Part shown: one piece after another, positions 44,701 to 56,347 of the stretch
Layout of the letters: every line of letters starts with the position of its first letter
Numbering within the stretch: the first letter of the stretch is position 1
Assembly: GCA_965206695.1 (NCBI GenBank)
Contig: CBDBKM010000003.1
Location: 116,013-180,012, forward strand
Source of the DNA: Chlamydiales bacterium
Lineage (GTDB): Bacteria > Chlamydiota > Chlamydiia > Chlamydiales > JAAZZY01
Length of the DNA stretch: 64,000 nucleotides
Direction of reading: 5' to 3'
The notes under the pieces: generated by a model
What the model saw: only the letters and a program-made list of their open reading frames with translations
What the model was told of the DNA's origin: nothing
The model's database searches: none
Translations under genes and position numbers: made by a program

Positions 44701-46238
44701 AACAATCAAGCGAGACAACCCTTTGCTTTAGCATTGGGATGAGAGCATCTACTTATTTTTTTGACTTGGTATATACTGCTCGCAGCTGAATCAGAGAATT
44801 CATCTTGAAGGACAATGAATAGGATTAATAATAATTTTTTGAAAATTATCGTTAATTCTTTGACCTAATTGCTTTTTCATTTTTGGGATTTCTTCAAAAA
44901 AGAACGTTCGGATAGCGTCACTGAAATCAATCAATTTCTCGTAGCACTTATTGTAAGTTTTTTTCTCCCTCATCACCTTCCGGAACCTCTCTATTGGATT
45001 CAAATTGGGTGAATATGGAGGCAAGTAATGGATTGTCATCTTTGATGTAATAAGAAATTCATTAATCTTTTTGTTTTTATTGGATCGGCCATTATCACAA
45101 ATAATCTGAATGGATTCTGCACCGGATGACTTTTCCAAATCTTTTAAAAAATTTATTACATTATCGGCATTTATCGTATCATATTCTTGTGCAAAGACTT
45201 CCGTCTTAGCAGGCGATAAAGCCCTTATAAAATGCATTCTAAATTGTTTGTTCGTAGTCGGGAGCGTTTGTATCTCTCCCTTCTTTATCCGGCCGGATAC
45301 GGCTTGAGACCGGAATTCAGGATGCACAGCATCCAAAAAATACATTTTCCCGCCTTTTCCTCATTCAGCTTTCCAGCTCATGTATGACTCTATAAAATCT
45401 TGCTGCCTTTGTGGATCGAACTTTCCCGGAACTTTCAATGGCTCTTTGTAGGTAAACGCATGATCTTTGAGCCAAGAGGTTATTCCGGATACTGAATAAA
45501 TGATGTTATATCGTTCTTTGACGTACTTACAGATTTGTTTTGCATGAAAATAGGTGAATATTTGAAGGTCTTTCAACAACTCTTGCGTCCGTATTGTATT
45601 TAGCTTACCGATGCTTCCGCCTTTAGGGACGTGATTCGTTTTTGTAAACTCTTCGTATTCCGTCAAATATCGATATACGCTTGCTATAGCTATTCGATGA
45701 GCTTGAGCGATTGACTTGGGAGACATTCCTTCGCTTCTTGCTAAAATCACACATAAACGTAATCGTTCATGTATATTACGAGTTTTTCTTGCGCGATTCT
45801 CAAGGTTAGATTTTTCTTTTGGTGAAAGGTGCATTTTATGATGTAGATCAAAATTTAAACAAGTAAGGTTACTCAATCACTAACTAATTTTTCAACAAAA
45901 TTTCTCTGATTCAGCTACGAGCTGTATATACCTTCTGTACTTGGTACACCGGATAACATGATAGATAAGATTAAAAAGAGCTATTTTTAAAGTTTACCGT
46001 CTTTCCATGCTTGAAAATATCGGGCAACCAATCATATAATGTAACGCGTGATCATTAAAAAAGCTTATAAATTTAGATTCTATCCAACAAGACAACAAAA
46101 AGAGCTACTTGCAAAAAGCTTTGGTTGCTGTAGAGTAGTGTATAATCAAGCCTTAAATTTTAAGATTCAAAAATATCAAGAAAATATCTCCTATTCACAA
46201 ACATCTACTTGTCTGACCAACCTAAAACGAGAAAAGGA
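44701..46238 (+). mobile_element. IS605-type remnant: left end, deleted tnpA and 5' tnpB (46048-46238); interrupted by IS630, truncated by an IS701-like element
   Basis: Starts after TTTAT. IIKKAYKFRFYP..FGCCRVVYN is a TnpB N-terminus. Confidence 0.85.
44772..45928 (-). mobile_element. IS630-family element with a broken transposase (45361-45876, 44800-45345)
   Basis: TIRs TATAC(T/A)GCTCG(C/T)AGCTGAATCAGAGAA; FLDAVHP, CDN and PYSPNLNPIE motifs; in-frame stop. Confidence 0.88.
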
Positions 46239-47159
46239 TGGGAGTGTCGCGCTACAGAAGTGCATTATTAAAATAATTGTTTAAATAGTTTTTTTAATCA
46301 GAGTATGATTTTTCTCTTTTGTTGGGGGTGCCGTTACATAAATGCACAAAGGAATGATATAGCACCTTCATTCAAGCAAGCAGTATGAGATATTCCGGGC
46401 TTGCGATGTCAGAAGTTTATCCTGATACATGATCACATGACAGCATTAGCCGCCGGTTAAAGGATAAAAAACTTCAACCCACAGAAATTTTTGAAACCGT
46501 AAAGCACGATGTCAATATGGAAGAGCGATGTGTACTGATCGTGGATGATAGAATATATGATAAGGATAGTGACGCTCATTGTTTAGAAAGCCTTAAACCT
46601 GAGTCATAATCGAGGTTTTAATCCCCAAGTAATCGTTATGGATGTATGGTATTTTAGTTTTAAAAATTTAAAGTTTATCAGAGATATAGGGTTACATTTT
46701 GTCACCGGTTTGCGTAACAATAGAAAAGTTAATCGAAATATAAGTTTGGGATATTGGGATATTCCCTATGAAGGACTAAGCATTCACTTGCGCGGTTATA
46801 ATTTTATTACGGCTTTCAAGTTTTAGGCTAAAAATAACCGCATTGATTATGTGGTCACTAATATTGAAGAACCTAGTCGTCATGACGTTGAAAAAATCAT
46901 GAAGATTCGTTGGAAAATAGAAGTTTATCATAGGGAATTGAAACAAACTTGTGGCCTTGAGCGCCGGCAGTCTCGTAACGCAGGAGCGCAACGAAATCAT
47001 ATTTTTATGTCTCTTTATGCTTGGTTACACACATTTAAGCAAAGGAGGCGAGATAAAATATCTGTTTATCAACAAGATCGGGAAATGATAAAGCCCGCTA
47101 TTACTTTAAATATGAAAAATATTTTGGCTATGTGTTAACGCTTACGCGCGAAACTCCTG
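46239..47159 (+). mobile_element. degenerate IS701-like element
   Basis: VLIVDD, MDVWY and RWKIEVYHRELKQTCGLE fragments; short IRs GGAGT(G/T)TCGCGC. Confidence 0.72.
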
Positions 47160-47192
47160 TCTATGTCTTATTTAAAAATAATTTGCGAAGTC

Positions 47193-47981
47193 TTAAGAAG
47201 TTGAAAATTGATCTTTTAAAGCTCTAATTTCAGTAAAAATGCTTAAAGGGTCCTTATCGGACATATGAAGAGTTTGCTTGAGGTCATCCCTATCACAGCG
47301 GAGAAAAGGGTTACAGAAGCTTTCATTTTCCATAAGAGAGGGTATTGTAGGTTTGTTTGCAATGCGTAACTGATCAACCTCAGCTGCTCGTTTAATAAGC
47401 ACTTGATTATTAGGGTCAATGTTAAGGGCAAATTTAGCATTATTTAGAGTATATTCATGCCCGCAATAGATGAGAGTTTGGGGAGGCAAGCTTCTTAAAC
47501 GAAGAAGAGATTGTAACATTTGCCTATTTGTACCTTCAAAGACTCGACCACAGCCTAAACTAAATAGGGTATCTCCTGAAAAAAGAATATTTTCAGTCTC
47601 AAACCAGTAGGCAATGTGACCGGAAGTATGACCCGGAACATTGATAATGTTGGCCGTGGCTTTTCCGATAGAGATCGAATTTCCTTCTTTTAAAGGATGG
47701 TCTATTCCCGGTATTCGACTAGCTTCATTATGGGGTCCATAAATTTGACAGTGAGTTTGCTGTTTTATAGCTAAGCAACCGGCGGTATGATCAGAATGAT
47801 GATGGGTACATAAAATGTAATCTAAGGAGATATTTTTTTCTTTTAAATAAGAAAGGATAATTTTAGACTCGCCGGGATCGATAATGGCAGAGACATTGCC
47901 AATAGATTCATGGATGAAATAAGCATAGTTATCGCTGAGAATAGGTATGAGTTCAACTCGTAAGGTAGCCATATTTCGCAT
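47193..47981 (-). CDS. gloB: hydroxyacylglutathione hydrolase (glyoxalase II)
   Basis: DNYAY, THHHSDH, PGHT, SGDTLF.GCGR and GHEYT motifs. Confidence 0.95.
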   Translation of the reverse strand: MRNMATLRVELIPILSDNYAYFIHESIGNVSAIIDPGESKIILSYLKEKNISLDYILCTHHHSDHTAGCLAIKQQTHCQIYGPHNEASRIPGIDHPLKEGNSISIGKATANIINVPGHTSGHIAYWFETENILFSGDTLFSLGCGRVFEGTNRQMLQSLLRLRSLPPQTLIYCGHEYTLNNAKFALNIDPNNQVLIKRAAEVDQLRIANKPTIPSLMENESFCNPFLRCDRDDLKQTLHMSDKDPLSIFTEIRALKDQFSTS

Positions 47982-48397
47982 TAAGGGATTTTAATCCTAC
48001 CTTTTAGTGCTTTAATTTCTAATTCTTTTTGTTGTTTTGCCAACGTACAGATCTGATCATGAGTTTGATTACGTATGCGAATCACTGTTTCACTCATTTG
48101 CGCCGGTTGGCGATTTGCATTGAATAGAGAAAAGTCTTTGGTTTTGACCACTTCTCTTTCCGGAGCATGTCTTGCAATCCAGCTTCTAATTTTGTCTGAA
48201 GTTTCTTTCAGCGCTTTAGGTGTGATCCGTTTTTCTATATCTTCATAATATTTTTTTATTTTTTCTAAGATCTTAATCGTTTTTTCTTCCATGGGAGCAG
48301 CGATTACATGATATGTGTCTTTAGTCTTTTCACCGATTTTTTTAATTGAGTGCCTACTCTTGTCAACTTCCTTATCTTCATCTGAACTCGTACCCAT
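47981..48397 (-). CDS. hypothetical protein
   Basis: 138-aa ORF with a GAGGAG RBS, coupled to gloB. Confidence 0.65.
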   Translation of the reverse strand: MGTSSDEDKEVDKSRHSIKKIGEKTKDTYHVIAAPMEEKTIKILEKIKKYYEDIEKRITPKALKETSDKIRSWIARHAPEREVVKTKDFSLFNANRQPAQMSETVIRIRNQTHDQICTLAKQQKELEIKALKGRIKIP

Positions 48398-48665
48398 ATA
48401 AATCTCCTCTTAATCAACATTGAAAATGTTTATAGCATGCTTATAAATTTAAAAAAATAGTGTAAATAGATAAATGTTGTAAACCTGTCAATTTTTTTTA
48501 CTTTCTCTATTTTAGGGTGTCGTCATAAGATATTTTCCCATAGAGCAATATAGCGAATATGAACAGCAGCCAAAAATAAGGCCGTATTCTTAGCGTATCG
48601 AGTAACCATACCTCGCCTTTGTTTCAAATGAAGAAAAGCATTCTCTACAAGATGTCTAAGTTTAT

Positions 48666-50014
48666 GATAATCAAGCGAGAAAACCCTTTGCTTTAGCATT
48701 GGGATGAGAGCGTCTACTTGTTCTTTTGATTTTGAATATATCTTCTGTACTTGGTACACCGGATAACATGATAGATAAGATTAAAAGAGCTGTTTTTGAA
48801 GTTTACCGTCTTTCCATGTTTGAAATATCTAGCAACCAATCATATAATGCACCGCATGATCATTAAGCTTATAAATTTAGATTCTATCCAACGAAACAAC
48901 AAAACGAGCTACTTGCAAAAAGCTTGGGTTGTTGTAGAGTAGTGTATAATCAAGTCTTAAATTTTAAGACTCGAAACTATCAAGAAAATATTTCCTATTC
49001 ACAAACACCTATTTTTCTGACCAACCTGAAACGAGAAAAAGACTTTCTTTGGTTAAACGAAGTCTCTTCAGTTTGTTTACAACAAAGCTTGAGAAATCTC
49101 GACATGTCATATACTAACTTTTTTTAAAAAAGATCTGAGTTTCCAAATTTTAAGAATAAGCATTCGTGTCAATCTATTCGCTTGACAAGATCAGCATTTA
49201 GTCGGGATGGGGCGCATCTTAAAATTGCAAAATCTAAAAAGGCATTAAATATACATATTTCTCGACAGTTTTCGGATAATCCCTCAGATATCACGATTAC
49301 AAAAGATTCATATGGCAGATACTTTATCAGTATTTTAGTGGAAGAAGACACCATAGTCATTGAGTAAGAAAAATACTTCCATCGGTATAGATATGGGAAT
49401 AGAAAGTTTTGTAACTACATCTAACAATTTAAAAATAGTTGGACCAAAGCCACTTAAACAGTTTAAAAAGAAGTTAAAGAAACACCGGAGACGGATTAGT
49501 CAATCTAAATGCAAAAATAATCATAAAAGAAGAATTAAAGTTTCAAAGATACATGCAAATATCAGAAATATAAGACACGATTTCCATCATAAGCTTTTTA
49601 CTCAGTTGATACGTGAAAACCAAACGATCATAATTGAAGGGTTGTGTATAAACAGTATGTTAAAAGACAGAAAATATGCCAAATATATATGCGACGAAGG
49701 ATGGAGCCGGTTTTTAATTTTTTTAAAATACAAAAGCGAGTGGTACGGGAGAAATATAGTAGAATTAGACCACTATTTTTCTAGTACACAACAGTGTTCT
49801 GCATGCGGTTATAAACAAGGGCAATTACACACCGATATAAGAACTTGGGAATGCTCAAATTGTAAAATCAAGCATGACAAAGATTTTCATGCATCATATA
49901 TACTGAAGGGCAGTCGGTAATTTAAGCCTTTGGAGCTCATGTTAGACTAACTCTTTTGTTAGCTGTGGTCTATGAATGAGGAATCTCTTCCCCTTTAGGG
50001 TTGGGAGCTGTCAA
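48666..50014 (+). mobile_element. tnpB: IS605-type element with both ends, internally deleted tnpA and frameshifted tnpB (48856-49920)
   Basis: TTTAT|left end ... right end TCAA. GIDMG, IEGL and CSAC..CSNC motifs. The empty site restores the IS5 frame DRDLYKLR. Confidence 0.92.
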
Positions 50015-50166
50015 ATAGATCTCTATCATGCATGCGTTGTTCTTTACGATTCTTTTTTGAAGGAATCACTGTTATCATGCCTTGCTTATGAGCTTTTTCA
50101 ATAATGGCACTGTTGTCATAACCACGATCAGCAAGGAGATATTCTGCACTTAATCTCTCTATTAAA

Positions 50167-50335
50167 AGACCTCTGCATAACTGATTTCCGGCAACGATTC
50201 TTGGCGCCTATGCGATGCTTTGCACCCATAATAAAAAAATTGCTTATTATAAAACTTATCAAAATAAATGAAAAAATACGTTTAGACAATTAGTGAGTTT
50301 TAAAAAATATTATCAAGTCAGTTATGCAAAGGTTT
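50167..50335. mobile_element. 169-bp MITE with 18-bp TIRs and a 7-bp TSD
   Basis: AGACCTCTGCATAACTGA..TCAGTTATGCAAAGGTTT flanked by TATTAAA. Its right part recurs at ~19290-19357. Confidence 0.82.
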
Positions 50336-50834
50336 TATTAAAGTAGTTGCTTGAGTACAATCTGCAACGCTACCTTCCGTAATAATAACTCGGCCCGGTA
50401 TACCATGCACATCCACGGCCAAATGTAATGTCGTATTGAGCCCCTTTTTGTATGGTTCATATCTTGATTTTCCGCTTTTTGCTCCTGCTACATGGGGATG
50501 TACTTTGATATGGCTTGCATCAATTATTAACCATTCATAATCAGGTTTTTCAACTACAATTGCTCTCCAACTTCCTTTGCGACCGGAAAGATGAGGTTCC
50601 GGTTTGTTCCAAAGTGCATCGGAAATATCGTGTCGTCTATGCATTGAAATAGCCATAAGAAAAACCTTTTTTATTAAGCGGATTATCAAATGTAAAGTTT
50701 TAAGACGACGATATTTAGAAATTGAAAAGTCATTTTGCCATTAATTTTGTGTCCAAAAAATATTATTTTTGTAATCGTGGAAGTTCAATTGATATAAATC
50801 CTCCGACCTTAAGCAAAACTCAAGAAAAAAAATT

Positions 50835-52111
50835 ATGGATAATGTTGTTGATATTTTAAAAAGTCGTGGTTTTATCGATGCAATTACAAATGAAAAAATT
50901 CGTGAAATAAGCACAACATCTATTAAAGTCTATGTTGGATTTGATCCAACTTCAGATAGTTTACATCTTGGTCATTTAGTTGGAGTTATTGCCCTAGCTT
51001 GGTTTCAACGTTATGGTCATATACCTGTTGCCATTGTTGGAGGAGCAACGGGGTTAGTAGGCGATCCATCAGGCAAAAGTCATGAACGTCCTTTTTTAGA
51101 TAAAGATGCTATCAAAAGAAATCTCGATGGTATTAGAGAGAACTTAAAAACGGTTTTGGATTTTAATAGCTCGACTAATGCAGCAATTATTCTGGATAAT
51201 AGTGAATGGTTTTCTCAAATTAATTGTTTGGATTTTCTAAGAGATATCGGAAAGCAATTTCGTATTGGACCAATGTTGAGCAAAGAGTCAGTTAAGGTAC
51301 GATTGAATTCGCAGGAAGGCATGAGCTATACGGAATTCAGTTATCAATTACTTCAAGCTTATGATTTTGAATATCTATTTCGGAATCATAATATCGTTTT
51401 ACAGCTTGGAGGAAGTGATCAATGGGGAAACATTACAGCCGGTATTGAATTGATTAGGAAACTTCAAAGCAAAGAAGCGTATGGTATCACTTTTCCATTA
51501 ATTACTCGTAGTGACGGGAAAAATTTGGAAAAAGTGAGAAAGGAGCTGTTTGGTTATCGCCCAATCGATTATCGCCTTATGAATTTTATCAATATCTTGT
51601 CAGATTGCCGGATGCAAATGTACTCAACTTAATGCGACTTTTAACTTTTATGGATTTAGAAGAGATTAATGAGTATGAGCAAATGATGAAGGAGGTAGAT
51701 TATCAACCGAACACAGCGCAAAAAAGATTAGCAGAAGAGGTTACAACTATTGTGCATGGGAAGGATGGTTTACAAACAGCTTTGAAAGTCACGGAAGGGA
51801 TTAAGCCCGGAGCGATGACGACTTTAGATGCGGCTACTTTAGAGGCAATCACTGATGATGTCGCAAGTGCTACCTTATCCTTAGAAAAGGTTCTGGGTTA
51901 TAGGTATACCGACTTATTGGTAGAGGTAGGTTTGTTAAATAGTAAGGGAGAAGCACGGCGATTGATTAACAATGGAGGTGCTTATTTGAATAATGAACGA
52001 ATCAATGATGAAAACCTTATCATTGAAAATAAGCATGTGATTGATGGCCGATTTTTACTTTTAGGGGCCGGAAAAAAGAAAAAAATGTTAATTCGGATTA
52101 CTTCTTCATAG
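50835..52111 (+). CDS. tyrS: tyrosyl-tRNA synthetase, with a -1 frameshift in the A5 run at 51519-51523 (likely a sequence error)
   Basis: GFDPTSDSLHLGH, GGSDQWGNI, DGK(K)FGKS and an S4-like C-terminus. Confidence 0.95.
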
Positions 52112-52406
52112 AAGAAAGTGATGATTTTTCTTTATTTCTATAAAAAAATCTTGAAATGAAACAAGAATTAGATATTATGAGCATTATTCTTTACGATTAA
52201 TTTTTGCTTACTCATTGACAAAGCAAAAGCCTGTGACAAGAAAGAAAAAAAAGAACTTGATTGAAAATGAATAAGAGTAAGAGAATAGCGAAAGTACTGT
52301 ATGTTATATGATAACTGAAAACCTCAAGGTGAGAAGTTGTTTTTTTGCAGCAGGATTTAAGTATTCTTGATCTTAAACTTGAAGGAGTCTCGAGGGTATG
52401 ACCACG

Positions 52407-52724
52407 ATGGCTAAGAAGAGAACCATAACTAAAAAGAACTTGATTAATAGCATATCGCAAGAAAAAGGAATCCATCCTAATGATGTGCGAAGCGTAATTC
52501 AGGCCTTTCTAGATAAGATGACCGACTGTTTGGCAGATGGTGACCGCTTGGAATTTCGTGATTTTGGGGTTTTTGAAGTTGTGAAGCGTAAGCAAAAGAT
52601 CGGACGTAATCCCAAAAATGCAGCTGTACCGATTGTTATTCCGGCTAGAAATGCAGTGAAGTTCACACCGGGAAAGAAAATGCGAAAAGTTATCGAGCAA
52701 CCCGCCGATCAAACTCAAGTATAA
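52407..52724 (+). CDS. HU/IHF-family nucleoid protein
   Basis: RLEFRDFGVF..RKQKIGRNPK..VKFTPGK. Start could be 52398 or 52407. Confidence 0.93.
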   Translation: MAKKRTITKKNLINSISQEKGIHPNDVRSVIQAFLDKMTDCLADGDRLEFRDFGVFEVVKRKQKIGRNPKNAAVPIVIPARNAVKFTPGKKMRKVIEQPADQTQV

Positions 52725-53145
52725 ATTGCCGGTTTGGGACTTAAACTATATTTTTTAAAAGCGTTTTTTGGTAAGAAGCGAAATACTATCAGAGATCTTC
52801 TTTGTGAGTATAAAAAGAAAGTTGAATGATACTTTCTTCCAAAAGAAGGCAGTGTATAGTTTTTTAAATTTAAATAGATAGTTATTGTTTGTTAATAATA
52901 ATTTTTTTTGATCTTTAAAGTATTCTTTATTGCTAATCTCATAAAATTTAAATTTTAGATATGTCATTTTTTTATCTTTTATTTTAATATCTCTTTTAAT
53001 TTTGTTAATTGTCCGCCTTCTTTATTTGGCCTTAACAAATTGAACTTATAATTAAATTCAATAAATACATATAATAATACCTATATTTAATTAATTGTTA
53101 ACAATACTTTGAATTTTACTTAATTCAATGGAGTTTAAATAAGTT

Positions 53146-54636
53146 ATGGGAAACAATAATATAGTAACATTCGGGCCTTTATTCCCACCGAAACCGACTG
53201 CTACCCCACCTACAACATTTACCGAATCTAAGATAGGATTTGAAGCTAAGGGAGCTTTTAAGCGTTTTGAGACTACAGAAAAGAGATCACATATTGGAGT
53301 GATACCACAAAATTTAGCCGGCCCACAGGAAAAAACTTGGGGAAAATGGAGTAAGGGTATAGGCAAAGCAGCCTGTTGGAGTGTTTATGAGGTGGGAAAA
53401 GCCCGTTGTATTGATGTAAAAGAATATTTTGATTCTGCAGCAAGTGGCTTAAAAACAGATATATTGGGTTATAATGACTTTCAGATGGTATCTCATTGGT
53501 TACAAAATAAATTAGCTCTTTCTAAGGGCCAACAACCCCTACCTTATCCTACTTTTGCTGAACTAAAGATGTCTTCAAGGCCCGGTTTAAGGAGTTTAAG
53601 TCCTTTCCTTTATTACACAGTTGATTATAACCGGACTAGGTGGGCGTCAATTCCGGGTCTTCAAATTATTCCTCAAATAGGACAAGCTGTATATGAGGTA
53701 TTCACTGATTTACCTGCGTTCTCTTCTGACTCATGGGCCAGATGCCTTTGGAGAGGAGATTTTGATGCCGGTCAAAGAGGTAATATAACTGCTGTTGGTC
53801 AAGAAATTCCTAAAATTCTAGAAGGTCAACTGACCGAGGCAACTAAGTGGTATTATGAAAAGATGTTTAAAATAGAAAGTAGTTATATCAAAAATTTAGT
53901 TGCTAAATTCGCATCAAATGATACCCGTTTTGCCGGAGATTTTGATAAAGATTTCATTAAATTAGAAAAGCCTTTTCATGCAAGTGTTTTTAATCCCGGC
54001 ATTCCGCTTGATAGAGAAGCATTAAAGGAGAAATTTCAAGCTGTGAAAGCCGATTTCAAGAAATTTTTTGGAATAGAGAGCTCTCACTTGGCAAGTGATG
54101 GAGAAGAAACGCTCAATGCCATGCTTAAAAATTTAGATTTAGAACTTGACTCAAGTGATTTCAGAGCGAAAGAATTTTTTGAACAAGTGCGATCTTTAAA
54201 AGAGAATTTTATTAAGAGTCTTTTGAGACAAGTAGGATCGGATGTAAAGGATTATGGATTAGATAGTATAGGACATGATATTGCACGATTCCAAACAAAC
54301 TTGCTTCATAGAGTTAACGCATTTAAAAATAGAGGAGATACAACAATAATTGGTGGTACTGAATATACTTTAATAAGTGCCGGATGGAGAAGCCTAATTA
54401 ATAGCGTAGAAGGCTTTAAAGGAAAAGACAAAGTATGGAATCACCTAAAGATGGGTGAGACGGATGCTCACATAGCAATGGCCTGCAAGAAAGCAAATGA
54501 ATATTTCGAAATTGTAAAAGTTGGAATAGCAACGACCAAATGGGAAGATCACAATAAACGAGAATTAGCTTATGAGAAACTCACAAATATTCGTTTTAAT
54601 CTAGATAAGTATCTCCTAAACACAATTAGAAGTTAA
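53146..54636 (+). CDS. hypothetical protein (candidate secreted effector)
   Basis: 496-aa ORF with a Pro/Thr-rich N-terminus, a very AT-rich upstream region and its own terminator. Confidence 0.7.
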   Translation: MGNNNIVTFGPLFPPKPTATPPTTFTESKIGFEAKGAFKRFETTEKRSHIGVIPQNLAGPQEKTWGKWSKGIGKAACWSVYEVGKARCIDVKEYFDSAASGLKTDILGYNDFQMVSHWLQNKLALSKGQQPLPYPTFAELKMSSRPGLRSLSPFLYYTVDYNRTRWASIPGLQIIPQIGQAVYEVFTDLPAFSSDSWARCLWRGDFDAGQRGNITAVGQEIPKILEGQLTEATKWYYEKMFKIESSYIKNLVAKFASNDTRFAGDFDKDFIKLEKPFHASVFNPGIPLDREALKEKFQAVKADFKKFFGIESSHLASDGEETLNAMLKNLDLELDSSDFRAKEFFEQVRSLKENFIKSLLRQVGSDVKDYGLDSIGHDIARFQTNLLHRVNAFKNRGDTTIIGGTEYTLISAGWRSLINSVEGFKGKDKVWNHLKMGETDAHIAMACKKANEYFEIVKVGIATTKWEDHNKRELAYEKLTNIRFNLDKYLLNTIRS

Positions 54637-54670
54637 ATGATCGAATTTAAATAGTTATTTTTCATATGAC

Positions 54671-54710
54671 AAAGACCTGATCTGATTTAAGTAGGATCAG
54701 GTCTTTTTTT
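54671..54710 (+). terminator. intrinsic terminator
   Basis: AAAGACCTGATC/GATCAGGTCTTT stem with a T tail. Confidence 0.85.
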
Positions 54711-54820
54711 AATCAGATGTTGTTAAAGACATTTTTTTCTAGGTTCCAATATAAGTTTCTGATAGTTTTAATTTTCAAAATTTGAGCTCTCTTAGAAACC
54801 TAATAAACATTTAAATTGAA

Positions 54821-56347
54821 ATGGAAGATATTCTTAAAGATGTCTATGTACAACAGCAACCCGATTTAATCGCCGGAAGAGTTCTTTCTCCAAAAGAAGA
54901 AATTTTAAGAGCATGCTTAAAAGGCACGTATGCAAGCGATAATCTTTTTGAACAATCTTTGGAAGATATTGCTCTTTTAAGTTCGGGGCCAATGGATCAC
55001 TTGGATCGTTGGCGTGATTTATTAGAACTTAATATCATTTTCCTTCTACAAAAACGAAATAAAGCTTTTTCAAAAGTTTTAATCAAAAGATTTAGACGTC
55101 TGCTAAGTCAAAATTATTGGGACGAATTTCAACCACAGAAAGCTTTAATAGCTTTGAACGCTTCTATTTTAGGGATTAATAATTATACTACTGTTAAGCC
55201 CATCCAGTTATCTCAAGGATCGGCACCGATTGAAGCCGGTGATCATTGGAACTGGGCTAATTTACCTTATCTTCCTCTTCATGCCGAATTAGGTGTTTTA
55301 TGGGCTTTAATCGGGAACTTTAATCATGATGCAGAATTATTAGGCGCAGCTGAACGGTTGGCTATATGGCAATGTCATACCTTAGATGCTGACGCGCTTC
55401 CTCACTGGAGTTTGTTTACGCAAGAAAAAGAATGTAATTTGTGTCTGTTGTTAACTAAGCAATATCTGCTTTTTCATACAGTCGCTCTTTTTTGTAATAA
55501 TTCAGAGATGGAATACCTGGCAAAAAAGCAAATGCAACATCTCTTATCCCTTTCAAAAGATAGGCCTCTTACACTGTCTTCTTTGTATGTTTTATTGTCG
55601 ACATGGGTAGATACTTTAGCTTCTTCAGAATCAATTCAATCAAAAGATTGTGAATTAAAAGAGTATTATTGTGACAAAGAAAATGCGCTTGTTGGTTATC
55701 GTTCATTGGATATTAATTTGGCTTGTACCTTAAAAGGAAGTAATACGGGTATGGGGAGCTTGAAATGGGGACAGGTAGTTATTGTAAATTATGGACCTCA
55801 GGTTTCCTTGCTAGGAGATAATCAACGGTTTGGTATTAATGATTTTAGCCGTATAAAAAACAATGTAAAAATTGTAAAGGATATCAATAGATTTTCTATT
55901 TCCGGAATAAATGCTTTGATTGATAATACTTCAAACCGGAGTTTAAAGGGTGGGTTTAGAAATACATTTCATACTCAAGCATGGCTCAATTCTTCTCAGT
56001 CATTTGATGGGAAGAGCTTTTTATTAAAGGCTTCGTTTATTAATCCGGGTAAGTTGCACCCTATCTATTTCGTTTATTATATCAAATCAAAGAATTGCAT
56101 CACTCAAGATAAAAAAAATATCCAAACGAACTCCTTAAATTGTTATGAAGGTAAGGCTCAACCTCTAACATTTGAGAGTGAAAATAATAAAGTAGCCATA
56201 TCGCATAATCAACCTGACATTTTTATGAGGGTGATTCCATTATCGCAAGATAATAGTTTTTGGGACGCTAATTATCTTGTAGCTTATGAAATTTCATTTC
56301 TATCAGTGGTTTATGAGTGGAAAATAGAGGCTGTTTCCTTGCATTAA
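54821..56347 (+). CDS. hypothetical protein
   Basis: 508-aa ORF; no recognised motif. Confidence 0.7.
   Translation: MEDILKDVYVQQQPDLIAGRVLSPKEEILRACLKGTYASDNLFEQSLEDIALLSSGPMDHLDRWRDLLELNIIFLLQKRNKAFSKVLIKRFRRLLSQNYWDEFQPQKALIALNASILGINNYTTVKPIQLSQGSAPIEAGDHWNWANLPYLPLHAELGVLWALIGNFNHDAELLGAAERLAIWQCHTLDADALPHWSLFTQEKECNLCLLLTKQYLLFHTVALFCNNSEMEYLAKKQMQHLLSLSKDRPLTLSSLYVLLSTWVDTLASSESIQSKDCELKEYYCDKENALVGYRSLDINLACTLKGSNTGMGSLKWGQVVIVNYGPQVSLLGDNQRFGINDFSRIKNNVKIVKDINRFSISGINALIDNTSNRSLKGGFRNTFHTQAWLNSSQSFDGKSFLLKASFINPGKLHPIYFVYYIKSKNCITQDKKNIQTNSLNCYEGKAQPLTFESENNKVAISHNQPDIFMRVIPLSQDNSFWDANYLVAYEISFLSVVYEWKIEAVSLH

Larger units (their letters stand above)
48514..50717 (-). mobile_element. 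degenerate IS5-family element split by an IS605 element and a MITE
   Basis: Pieces RRHDISDALW / IDASHIKVH / HLAVD / LADRGYD / DRDL|YKLRHLVENAF..TRYAK. Boundaries are approximate. Confidence 0.8.
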
